DNA from: Zootoca vivipara
Lineage: Eukaryota
NCBI RefSeq assembly: GCF_963506605.1
Contig: NC_083281.1
Coordinates: forward strand, 26,784,001-26,848,000
Direction: 5' to 3'
Length of the DNA: 64,000 nt
The position numbers and the translations under genes were made by a program. Below the pieces are notes generated by a model. That model was not told where the DNA came from, did not search any database, and was given only the letters and a program-made list of their open reading frames with translations. Position 1 is the first letter of the stretch; each line of letters starts with the position of its first letter. Positions 49,881 to 62,223 of this stretch are shown one piece after another.

Positions 49881-51194
49881 CACACACAAAAAGAACTTGG
49901 CACCCTGGCGCCCTGCACCACCAGTGTCTATGGGTAAGACGGTCCTGGTTCCAAGTAAATCACATAAAATTCCCTGGCTCAGAAGCCTCTGAAATCTAAA
50001 TAGTGCAAAGGGGTTAAACGGCATCATAGCTGCCAAGTTATCCCTTTTTTAAAGGGATTTTCCCTTATGCTGAATAGGCTTCCTCGCGAGAAAAGGGAAA
50101 ACTTGGCAGCTATGAACGGCATATGGAGGCACATGGGAGTCTGCATTATTTCAAATAGCCCCTGGAAAACAATCTCATTAATCTAATTGGCTTCATTAAG
50201 ACAGAGCTGAAACAGTGGAGGTAACTGAACATAATGTGGCGTGCAAATATGCTCCCTTAAAATGGTCGCATGGCCAGGGTTCCTGTTTTATTTTCTATCT
50301 CTACTAGTGAATCAGCAAAAGCTTTCAGATTATTTCCTAAGGAATCCTAAAAGAGCTTGGATCATTTCAGGTATGCTTCAAATGGTGCTGGATTACCCAA
50401 TAAACAGATTAAACACATGCTCAGGACAGCAGCAAAATAAGGGCAACCCCATTTGGGGGGAAAAGAATTTGACATTTGTTATTTCAGAAAAAGTAGTCAT
50501 CATTTTCTGATGTTGATGATTAATAACTTTCATCAGAACACTCTTTTCCTCACCTGGGGGGGGGGGGAACCCTCAGAGAGCAACCATGTTTTCCGTACTC
50601 TGTATGGAATCAGACATGTTTCGTCAGGTGACTTCAATGAACTTATCCAGAATTTGGAAATCAGAAAACTGAGAAAAAAGAAGATATTTTAATTGTAGCA
50701 TACATGTACGTTTTGTGTCATTTCAAAAAAAGCTTTTTTATTTTAGGTTTTAGGTTTTATTTTGGATTACCTATCTGCAGGGGGCACTATAATCTCTTCA
50801 ATGCTGAGAAGCTCTCAAACTCTTAATCCAGCTCTGGCTTCAAAATGCAGTATCTCGGGAATGTTTAAACCACTCCTGATCTCCAGTTGCATAGCAAAGC
50901 AGCCCAGCCGTAAAGCAGCTTGTTTATGTCTTACTTTAACCATCATATTAAAGTAAATACAGGCCTTCAGAAGCAATAAATCCTGCATGCTACATGCTGG
51001 AGGGAGCCATTTCGATGGGTTATATAAACACAGTCGCACAGTATCACAAACAATCTTTATTTACATTTCTACCTACTCTTTGACATCAGCACTGTTGGCC
51101 AAGACTCTTTTTATGCATTAACTTTTTGGTTTTTTTAAAGCATGGGAGATCTGATCAGAGAAAAGACCGTAACTCAGTGGCAGAGCATCTGCAT

Positions 51195-52219
51195 TAGGGT
51201 GATGACTTTTTTACAACCTCATTTCCCTGTATCATAATTTGATGAGCTTTCATTAACAATTAGATTAAATCCTACTTTCAAAGAGATTTGATTTTTTTAA
51301 AAAACCTCACGCACAACATGATTTAAAAAAAATTATTTATCAGTTTTTTGACCATTTTTGAAGTCACTGTAAGCAGATATAAAATTGAACCCAAGCTTTA
51401 AAGGTTAAGGTAAAGGTAAAGGGACCCCTGACCATTAGGTCCAGTCGTGACCGACTCTGGGGTTGCGCGCTCATCTCGCATTATTGGCCGAGGGAGCCGG
51501 CGTACAGCTTCCAGGTCATGTGGCCAGCATGACAAAGCCGCTTCTGAAGAACCAGAGCAGCGCACGGAAATGCCGTTTACCTTCCCGGTGTAGCGGTTCC
51601 TATTTATCTACTTGCATTTTGACGTGCTTTCGAACTGCTAGGTTGGCAGGAGCTGGGACCAAGCAACGGGAGCTCACCCCATCACAGGGATTCGAACCGC
51701 CGACCTTCTGATCAGCAAGTCCTAGGCTCAGTGGTTTAATATAAAATTGAACCCAAGCTTTAGAGACACATATATACAACATTATATAGGGCCATCAAAC
51801 ACACAAGGAAGCTTTTTTTAGCTGCGGTAACAGTATAGACGCCGCTAGAGGACAATGTTTTGCTACCTCTCCTTTTCCCAGCATGCCCGGCAGGGTCTGC
51901 TGGCTGAGTTTTGAGGTCCCCAAAAGAGGCTTTTACTTTGCGCAGGTGTGACATTTGTATACCCTATGTTGCTAAGAACACTCCCCATTGTGCAATGTGG
52001 TGTTGTGTCCAAATTTGATACGATATATATATAGAATTGTTAATACAATTTTATGAAATGGTAAAACGGCATACAAAAAAATTAAAAACGGTTTGTGTGT
52101 AACCTTTTTTAATATTTCAATGGAATATACCTCATTTTAGTCATTAATAGGCAAAAGTTCATCCATTTGTGCTACAGGAAATAATTCTGGAGAAAAAAAG
52201 TGAAAAAGTCACCACCCTA
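51195..52219. mobile_element. hAT element (TAGGGTG..CACCCTA) carrying a nested Sauria SINE
   Basis: 8-bp TSD ATCTGCAT (51187-51194, 52220-52227). Confidence 0.8.
51401..51737 (-). mobile_element. Sauria SINE
   Basis: Flanked by a direct repeat of about 24 bp, ATATAAAATTGAACCCAAGCTTTA. Confidence 0.9.
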
Positions 52220-54354
52220 ATCTGCATACATGCAGAAGAGCCCAGTTTTAACCCCCATCATCTTCAGGTAAGGCTGGGACAGAACCCTGCCTGACACCTT
52301 AGAGAATCACTGCCAATCAGTGACTGAGCTAGATGGATCAATGGTCATATTTGGAATAAGTCATCTACTGCCACCTAGTGAGGGTCTCCCTGCATTCTGC
52401 CCTACCAGTTCCATTGGACAGCAGCCACCAAAGGTTGTATTTGGGGGGGGGGCTTTTCACAGGACTTTTCCCTTGATCCTGTAGCCCGAGACCTCCGTGT
52501 TCAATCCAAAAGTCATGACTGCAGGGAGATAAGGGGGGGGAACGCAACTAGGAACAGACTGCTGGTTAATGACCCTGAATATAATGTCACCGAATTTGTG
52601 GAAAACAAGTTTCATTATAGCTATGATAAGAAGTTTCCTGTTGCATCACACCTATTGCATCAGACAGCTGTCCAGCACAAGGCTTTCTTCCCAGAAGTGT
52701 TGCTCAGAAGCTTCTGGGACAGGAAAGGGGAATTTTTGTCCCTTGGTTTGTTGTTGAACCCCAACTCTCCTCATCTCTGATAAGAGGTGGAATCCAAAAC
52801 CAACTGGAGGACCACCAGAGATTTCCCATCCCTTCTTCTAGAAGGTCACAAGCAGGATATAAAGACAAATCCCATCGCTCACTGTTGCCCCCACTGCAAT
52901 TGGTCTTCTAAGATATTGTGCCCCTAAGCATGGAGGTTCCTTGTTGCCATTGCTGCTAATTTATGTCTGTCTGCTTACATTGATTTATAATTGCTTTGCC
53001 CAGTTCTTCAGCCAAAAACAGCTCCCAGAGCAGCTCACAGGTAAATTTCATAAAAGCCAAACAAAGCAATCTCAGCCCTCAGGCTTACGATCTAAAAGGC
53101 ACAAAAGGAAAAGGAATGGGGAGGGAGGAGGAAAACTCAGCATTAGTTCTCGAAAGCTCTCCAGGTATCCTTTTATTTATATACTGCAATCTCTGGGTGG
53201 TTCACGACAACAAAACGTAAAGCAATACAATTCGATCATTAAAATGCCTGGCTAGTCAGAAAAAAAAGGAAAAAGCTTCAAGCAGCCACATAGACCTGTC
53301 AGCATAAAATAACAAAAGTATCCAAAGGAAAACTGAAATCAAAAGTGAGGATGCCTGCTGAATCTTTGCTGGAAGAAGGTCCCACATCATAGGACCGGCA
53401 GCCCCAAATCTCTGACCTCTGGTTTAACAATCAGTCCCTTTCCCGGGGGAAACAGAGCTGGCCCAAGACATTTTGGAACCTAAGGCAAACTGCAAAAACG
53501 GGAGGAGGGGGGGGATGAAGATCTGCACCAGGAACAAGGGAAGGAATCAAATCAACATTGAGAAGGGTTAGGGGTGAAGGAACAAAGGGGTGGGACTGGG
53601 GGGATACCAGCAGCAGCTCCTATTTGCCAAGAGGCTGGTGGGGAGGCAACATTGGGGAGGGACTGCTGAGGAGGCAGCAGGCCAGGCCGACCCTGTCAGG
53701 GGGAATTGTAGGAGCCAACTCCTAAGGGCCAAAATCCCTTTGCCCCCCCCCCAAAAAAAATTTGAGGGGGCCACCCCCTCCCAAAGTTGAAGGGAATTCC
53801 CATTCAAATGGTGGGTGGGTGCCACGACATGTGATTGATTATGTGAGTGGGACTTACCTGCCCCCCCTATTTTATTCAAGTTGGCACCCCTGCTGGGAAT
53901 TGTAGCTCTGGGAGGGGAGAATCAGTCTCCAAAGAACTCTCGACGCCCTTAACAAACTGGGGGGGGGGCCCTTTGGGAGAAAACAATGACTGTTTAAAGT
54001 GGTATAATAGTGCTTTATATGTACAGTATAGTGTGACTGTGACCCAAGTTTCTCATTTCTCCAAACTTAAGTTCAGTTCTCCATATTTCTGCAGCAATTT
54101 GTAGTTTCTTTTTTTCAAAACCTCATATATATTCATTTCAGTGTTAATTTTTCTCAATGAACACATTTTGATTAATGCACATATTTCTGCAAGCAATTTT
54201 CCCCCATTGTATAATACAGTTTTGTATATTATTTTCACTGAAACAATGCGTCTTTAGGCACCTCTCACCCTAATGTATGGATATTGTTTGGCTGGAGAAC
54301 TGCTTTGCAAAATCTGGAGAAGTGTATATTGGTTTGGGAAGTACAGTTTAGGTA

Positions 54355-55420
54355 GGGCCAACCCAAAATTAAAAATTGGAAATCAAGTAATAATTTGGCA
54401 AAATTGGATGAAAAAGGGTATTTTGACATTGAATCAGTTAATTGATGAAAATAACAAATTTATAGAATATAAGACTTTGCAAGTAAAATATGGATTAGCT
54501 AGTGAAACACAAATGGCAAAGTCAAACATACGTTGGAAAGGCAGTTTGGCCCTGACGCTATAGCAGCATCAGAAACACCCATGCTGCTACAAGATTTAAT
54601 CTCTGCAATAAAAACAAAAAACCCTACACTTGCATTATATAAAACCTTACTCAACAGGAAGAAATATGATTTAGAATATGATAGACAAAAATGGAGTGAA
54701 GAGTTAGGGGTACAGATAACAAATGATATATGGGAGTCAAGTATAAAATCAACAGAAATAGTCTCTATGGATCTAAGACTAAGACTTATTCAACAGAAAA
54801 TAATATTCAGAGTCCACTGGACTCCAGCAAAATTATACAAGAAGAAAATAACAAGTGTAGATAACTGCTGGAGGTGTGGGAGTGAAAATGCTGTGAACTT
54901 AGTACCGTATATATGTTGATCATTCTGGTGCGAGGTGAGAATATTTATAGAAAGAGTAATAAAAAGAAATTGTTATCTAAGGGAACTGAATTTAATTCTA
55001 AATTATATTCCGGAAACGTGGGAGATTTCAAGGGGTCAAAAAAAAATAATGGATGTACTGTGCTATATTAGAAGCAAAAAAACTTGTTTTGGTGAGTTGG
55101 AAGAGCCGCAAAAAGATTCCATTGAGCACATGGATTGATAATATGGACAGATTAGCTACATACGAATGAATTGCATGTCAACGCAAAATAAGAATGGATA
55201 AATATGAAGAAATCTGGAACAAATATTTAAGTGATAAGGCAGATAGCGGTGGGAAGTGGGGGAAGGAGAGAGAGGTGGGAAAATATTGTTAAAGGGTCAG
55301 AGGTATATATCAGCATGCTTAAATCTGAAATGTCAAAGTGTGTTGTTGTGGTTTTTGTTGTATGTGTTTTTTGCAGTTGTTGTTTGTGTTGAAGAAATGA
55401 TTAAATAAATAGAATTTTAA
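54355..55420 (+). mobile_element. L1/Tx1 ORF2 C-terminal fragment
   Basis: QKWSEELG..W..RLIQQKIIFRVHWTP..CWRCG zinc-knuckle region; flanking AAGTACAGTTTAGGTAG repeat. Confidence 0.8.
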
Positions 55421-55934
55421 AAAGTACAGTTTAGGTAGTTCTGCATAAAAATGCAAAGAAAAATTAATTTATCTTCTATTCCTAGGGAAGGATAAGGGGA
55501 TATCAAATGCTCGCTGGCATTCTTACATTCGGTATCAATCAGCTGGGGTTATTCATTATCTAATTCCTCGTTCCAAACACCCACACATTTTGCAGGGTGG
55601 GAGGGAGGACCACGGTGCACAGTTCTTTCGTCCAAGGGCAGAGCATTGCACACAGCTACCCTAAAGCAGAGAGCCAAGCAGATCAGCCTAGGTTATAGAG
55701 CAAGGACTCTTCTGAAAGAATATTCAGATCGGTGGGTCTGGTACCACTACAGGAGGAGGGGAAAGGAGGGGAAAGGGCTGGAGGTGCAACCGACTGAGGA
55801 GAGACGGGGTCTGCAGGTCACACAACAGCTCATCCACACAACCCAAGAAGCAGGGATATCGAGAGAAAAGGAAGAGAGACTTCACTGGCAGAACAGCAAG
55901 CCAGGGGAGAAAGGAGGAGAGGCAGACCTGCACC

Positions 55935-57505
55935 ATGAGTGGCATCAAATATGAGAGGATGAACGAATATGCTCTGGACATGGACAATCCACCACCCTAC
56001 TCTGAAAAGAATGAGGAGCCTGGTCCTTCTCCTTGGATGGCACCCACCACGGGCAGCAGAGAAACTCCCGCTGTGCCACACCAGTACACCCCTTACTATG
56101 GTCCAGCCAGCACAGCACAAACTACGCAAACCATCGTCATCAGTTCCATGCAGGCCAGCCGTGAACCAGACTACCTGGCGTATTCCATCTTCACCATGCT
56201 CTGCTGTTGCCTCCCCTTGGGTGTTGCTGCCCTTGCGTACTCGATACAGGTGAGTGGGAGCTGAGTGAGTGTTTGAGACAGGAGAGGGAGACCTTAAAGG
56301 GCTGGGTCATTGGCCTGTGCTGACATCTAAGGCCCTATCTGCATTATACACTTAAAACAGTATCATACCACTTTAAACAGTTGTGGTTTCCCCCTCCCCC
56401 AAAGAATCCTGGGGACTGTAACTTCTTAAGGGTGCTAAGCAGTGCTGTTTTTCAAGAAAAAGAGGTGCCGGAACTCACCACGAATGCCTCCCTTGTTCTC
56501 TTATGATGGCAATGGCGCCCACCTGGGGGGGGGACAGGGACCCTGGTGCTGAGAGTTGTTAAGAGTCCCCTAGATAGAGCTAAAACAGGGCCTTAGCTAC
56601 AGGGGAGCTAGCCAGGTATTTTGCCCTGTATGAACCCTCAAGGGGGAAGCCCCGGCCCAGTTTTCCTCTGAGACAATCTAGGCTACTCAGAGAAAAACTG
56701 GGTGGGGGCTTCCCCCTCAAGTGCGTGGCGCTGTGGGTTAAACCACAGAGCCTAGGGCTTGCCAATCAGAAGGTCGGCGGTTCGAATCCCCGCAACGGGG
56801 TGAGCTCCTGTTGCTCGGTCCCTGCTCCTGCCAACCTAGCAATTTGAAAGTACGTCAAAGTGCAAGTAGATAAATAGGTACCACTGCGGCGGGAGGGTAA
56901 ACGGCATTTCTGTGTGCTGCTCTGGTTCGCCAGAAGCGGCTTAGTCATGCTGGCCACATGACCCGGAAGCTGTAGACTGGCTCCCTCAGTCAGTAAAGCG
57001 AGATGAGCACCGCAACCCCAGAGTCGTCCGCAACTGGACCTAATGGTCAGGGTCCCTTTACCTTTACCTTTACCGCATGTTACGACTGGACTAGATGATC
57101 ATCTGGAACCTCCTGTCAAACAGCAAGGAGAATTGAACCTCTGCCTTATATCTTTGGTTCAGGAGATGGTTCTTGCCATGATGTTACAGTGGTCAGTTAT
57201 GCCCCTGCAGACTGGGGCAAGTTACCACTTTGTACATGGATGTCTGATTTCACCCTATGCCACACACATTCGGGAAAAGGTAAGGGGTCAGTGTGCTCTT
57301 CCCCGATCCAGTTTCTTCTCTTTCTCCCCAGACCCAAAATGCCAACAATAATGGAAACCACATAAGCGCTCGACGAAACTCCAGGCTGGCACTCATATTG
57401 GCTCACACGGCACTCGGAGTGGGTCTTGGGTGCCTGATTATATACATCATCTTCTGGATGAATATTTCTCACCAGATAATTGAAGTGCCAACCATCAGCC
57501 CCTGA
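55935..57505 (+). CDS. CD225/dispanin paralogue B, 162 aa: join(55935-56249,57332-57505)
   Basis: EPDYLAYSIFTMLCCCLPLGVAALAYSIQ|TQNANNNG...SRLALILAHTALGVGLGCLIIYIIF; same intron position as A; AATAAA near 58053. Confidence 0.92.
56722..57073 (+). mobile_element. Sauria SINE in intron of paralogue B
   Basis: Full head, core and (ACCTTT)n tail. Confidence 0.9.
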
Positions 57506-58857
57506 GGATGCACAATGTTCATATGCTAAAAGACCTTCCCTGCCCAAGATGCCCAAGTCTGAGAAGTCCTCCTAAATTGACGTCGTGCTCTTTGAATCGT
57601 TCTGTAAAGCGGCACGCTCTGAGCTGGCTCGGACGCATGTGCATCATGTCGCTTCTATGCCCTTGTTCCAACTAGGGATAGATTTACAATATCAAGCGAT
57701 GAACATCATGTGTGAGCCAACTCTGTGATACCCAAAGATCTCAAACTCCTTCCAGGAGTATCTCTCCCCTTTCTCATTCTCCCACCCAGAGTTATTTCGA
57801 GAGTCCTCTGGTCTTGCCCTGTTCCTCTTGACTGCTGACCATTCTCCCAACATTTCACAGATAATAATTGGGACATGCATATAACACAACTGTTGTCAGA
57901 GGTCAAATTTCAACCCAAGCCCTGTCCTTGACACCCACCCCATTCCTCATTGTCCTACTTCTTTGGTCTTGTTTATCCTGCGAGAACTTATCCCATGTGT
58001 TTTTAATGCAAAGAAGGCATTTGTGAGATGCTTAGAGAGCCATCTGAGGCAAAATAAATAAAATATACACTGAGATCACCATGATTATGTGTTGTGCAAT
58101 GTCTTCACAAAACTGCTATTGGTTCCACATAGAGAAAGGAAAGTGGGATAAATGATAAATGGCCATTATCTGTCACATGCAGCTCTTTCTCCATTCTGCT
58201 GCAGTTCACCTTCTGCCCCAAACTGTGTTATTCTAGGGTTGTTATATCTTGAAGAGCAAAAAAGAGGACAGCCTGAGCCAGGGAAAAAGGTAGGTGGGTG
58301 CACCTCTTTCCCCAGCTCAGACTGGCAGCGGCCATGGCATGCAGAGCACCCATGTGCTTCTTTCCCAGGCTCAGACTGGCAGCCCAAGCCGCCCAAGCCC
58401 AAGCCACTGCCAAAAAAACAAAACAAAAATCCCGAACATTTCCTTTAAAATGTAAAAATCCACCCTGATGGGCATGTTGGCCCTCCAAAAGAGGACGTGT
58501 CTGTGTTTTCCCAGACGTATGGCAACCCTAGTTATTCGTCTTACTGTCCACTGTGGTGAAATTACATGAATTACTTACGTTACATTGTCATTGCATCATT
58601 CCACCCCATTCATTTTGATGCAAAGGAAACACAATGCAAATGGGGGTGGGTGGGGAGAGGGGATGTAATTTGTAGATCGAAAGCAGCAGCAACAGTGAAC
58701 ACTGACTTTTCCTGCTGGAGTGGCTTCCATTGCAGATATGGGGGCGAATGAGCCAACATTGGCCATCTCAGTTCTCGTTTCTGTTTTCATCAGAATTCCC
58801 TGACATGCCTAATCATGACACCTTCATGGCAGATTCACTGACTTCAGCTGTGAAGGT

Positions 58858-59095
58858 AGAACAAAGCCATCATGCCTAGCAGCTTTTGATAGCCCTCTCC
58901 TCCATGAAATTGTCTAGTCCTCTTCTTTAAAGCCGTCTAAGTCTGTGGCCATTCCTGCCTCCTGGGGGACCAAGTTCCATAGTTTGACTAGGCACTGCAT
59001 GAAGAAGTACATTCTGTTATCTCTCCTAAATGATCCAACTTTCAACTTTATTGGAGATCCATGAGTTCTAGTGCTATGGGAGAGGAAGAAACCCC
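58858..59095 (-). mobile_element. Old CR1 3' fragment
   Basis: TRTHGSPIKLKVGSFRRDNRMYFFMQCLVKLWNLVP. Confidence 0.7.
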
Positions 59096-59809
59096 ACAAA
59101 CTGCAACGACTGTCCTTCTGGACTGTCCTTATTCCAGGAGGGGGTTCCATCAATCACATAGCAGCAGTTTTGGTGCTCTTCTGCAATGAACCCACTTCTC
59201 CCAATAATCAGACTTTTTGCAATACAGGAAGAAATGAGGCAATGCACTGCAACTTCATCTAACCTTTCGCCATTCAAATAAAAGCATGCACCATATAAAT
59301 GTTCCATTAGCAGCTGATGACATCAACGTCTCCCTGCAATTGTTGTGCAAATATATGAGGGTGAATGGTGCAATAAACAGGTCATCTAGAAAAGCAGCAG
59401 TGGTCAAGGGTCCCAGCAGAGTCTCCGTCTCCAGTGTCCCAGAACCTCCCGAACAGCATGGAGGGGGTTTGTTTTTTGAGCACTGAAAAGAGCTCTTTTC
59501 CACCATTTATGTTGATTATAACCAATCAGAATGGAAATAGGTGAGTTAGGATTGGCTTCCAGGGTCACTCTGGAGAAGGTGTGTGGGAAGAAGAATTTAA
59601 GGGACACTGAAAACACAAGGTGCTAAAACCTTTCCAGTCAGAGCAGAAATAATGGGAGTGTGGGGGCAGGGAGAGGTCTCTCACTTTCATGTATTTCCTA
59701 GCCCATCGAAAGCAATCCTATGGGTGGTTTTACCTTCCCTCTGGATGAAATGGGGGTGGGGGCGGGGAAAAGAGAGATCAGCTTTCAGAATGTTGCAAAA
59801 AGTGAGGAG

Positions 59810-60800
59810 GGATGTGTCGGAGGGATGAGTGAGCCGCTTGACACGTGCACTGCTGTGATCTGAATTAAGATCGTGCAACACGCCGATCTCCCTGGGGCTG
59901 TCTCGGGAGCGAGGTGGTGAGTGAGTGCATTGCTGTGCACGTGCTTATGTGCTCTTCTTATGCGAATGTATAGATGCGCAGCGCACCCATTTCCACATGC
60001 GTTGCAAACCGATCTGTCTCCAGTTTCTGTGAGCCTCTCCTCCAGTTGGCTGCTCATCCTCCCTCTCCTCCCGTCCCCACCGCTCCCAAGTGCGGGGTGG
60101 TAGAAATGGCTAGGAAAGAGTGGACGTTTCTGCGCCTTTCCCCACTTTCTCCCTCCGTCCCCCTTGCCCGCTCCTGCTGCGCTTTTGCGCCAAGCGGTAA
60201 AGGCCAGCGGGGTAGTCATTTATGCAACTAACCTAGGGATGTCCCTAGTTCTCCTTCGCAACCCTACATGCCCACTCTTGTTTCTCCCCATCCTTGCCCA
60301 GCTTCTCTTCCTGGGCTCCAGCGACAGCAAGCCACGGGGGGGGGGGGGGAGCACAAGTCCCGCATCCACGGCTTCCCCCCTCTCTCTCTCGCTCACACAC
60401 CCCGCCGTGGCGCCGGCAGGAACTGGGAGCGCAGCAGCGGGTGTCGTCTGTTCAGGCTCCGGCTCTGCAAAGACGACGTGGCGGACTCGGATAACATTGG
60501 ACTCCGCCACCTCCCATTTCCAAACTTTGGGAAGAAGGCGTAAGCTTCTGGCATGGTCCTAAAGCCGTCCGGTCTCCTTCCCAAGGCCTCCCTTACCTGG
60601 ATTTGAAAAGGCTCCCCCCTGGCTCAGCGCCCAGTTCGTGTCGCACTGCCCTAAATCCGTACTTACTAAAGGCTTATCCACACTCTGGAAAACCAAACCG
60701 CAAAGCATGGAAAATCCGAGTTGACCGAGCGCTAAAGTTTGGGGGGGGCGCACTCCAATGTGAAGATTTGAAAAGAGCTAGGAAAAAGTTAGGTGCGAGT
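59810..60800. promoter_or_regulatory. CpG island between paralogues B and C
   Basis: Dense CpGs and high GC in an otherwise CpG-depleted background; no TE hallmarks recognised. Confidence 0.6.
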
Positions 60801-61878
60801 GAGCCCTAAGACAGTATGGGCTACAGGAGCAGCCATCATGGCTACATTCCCTCCAACAGTCCCAGCTCCAGCACCGGCTTTAGGGCGCTGCAGACAGCTT
60901 CCCTGAGTTGGGATCCTTGCTTTGGGTTTTGTACCATATGGATCTAAGAATGTCTATAGTGGAAAATGAGATCTGAGTTGGCACTCTGTCAAGTATGGGA
61001 TAACGTTTTCACCATGCAACGTCTTCTGATCTCCTAACAAGCGGGATGAGTGATTACTTAATAAACAGCTGCTGTCATCTTAATTTCCCCCATAAACTTT
61101 GTGCAAACAAATCAGGATGGGTGGCCAATAAGCGAGTCAGCTGGAAGCAACCTTTATCTGTTTCTCAAAAGGCAATCTGTCCTTTGTTTGCTGAAACCTG
61201 GGCTACAACCCGTTCCCAGTCAGGAGTACTTGGAGACAGGATTGGTGGGCAGAGAGAGATTTCCTAGCCATTCGAAAAACTACTCCTTGGGAGTGACCAG
61301 CCAGTCTCCAAAACGAAAGGAAGGTTTTTGGCAATTCTGCCAGGACTACTAAAGCAATTTCCAGCACCAGGCCTGGTTCCAGCAACCAATTTTTGCCTCA
61401 ATTTCTGACTTTGCAATAACATAAAATATGGAAGCATGTGCCCATTTGCACCTTTGAAATGGTGCGGGGTGTGCTCTGTGTGTGTGCATGCGTGCCTATT
61501 CAGCCACACAGAAAATATGGGGAAAGTGAAGGCCACACTCAGTTTTAATCTGACTGCTTTGGGTTACCAATTTCCTCGTTCCTAGCCTCTCGTACTTCTG
61601 GGATGGAAGACCCGGTGGAGCTGCTGTTATATTCTCCCACAGCTAGAGCCCTGACTAGGGGTCACTTGAGAGAGCAGCCGGCAATGTAAAGCTAGCTCCC
61701 AGGCAAAAAAAAGACTGATTTTTTGTAGAAAGAGGAGGGGGGCTGGAGGAGTGGCCAAGGGGAGGAAGCGTAGAGCGCCAGCAGCTAATCACAGACAGCT
61801 GAGGAGGAACAGAGTGAAAGACTTTAGAGGCTGCGTTCAGGGAACACCAAAAAGGAAAAGGAGAGCAGGCCGTTCACC

Positions 61879-62223
61879 ATGAGCAACTACGAGAAGCTGA
61901 AAGAGGACCCCATCACTCAGGATCCACCTCCTTACTCTGACAAAGACTCACAACCAACTAAAGACCCTAAGCCAACTAAATCTCTTTCTGGATCAGAACC
62001 CCATTGCATGGGCTGGCCCTCTAACCCTGTGCCATCCCAGTACCAACATTATGTTGCAGCTGGTACAGGATCCCACCAAGTTTCGATCCTTCAACCTCCG
62101 CAGGCCACCATCATCATTCGTGGTCCACCTGCCAATGAGCCTGATTACTTGGCCTACTCTATCTGTACCATGCTTTGCTGCTGCCTCCCCCTAGGCATTG
62201 CTGCCTTGGTTTACTCTATCAAG
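61879..62223 (+). CDS. CD225/dispanin paralogue C, exon 1 (115 aa; exon 2 beyond window)
   Basis: EPDYLAYSICTMLCCCLPLGIAALVYSIK|GTAAGT, same phase-0 donor as A and B. Confidence 0.9.

Noticed and set aside
42536-62223. Assigning symbols PRRT1, SYNDIG1 or IFITM to the dispanins, or NCAM1/NCAM2 to the Ig gene
   Set aside because: Family membership is clear but orthology cannot be established by eye; architecture and motifs differ
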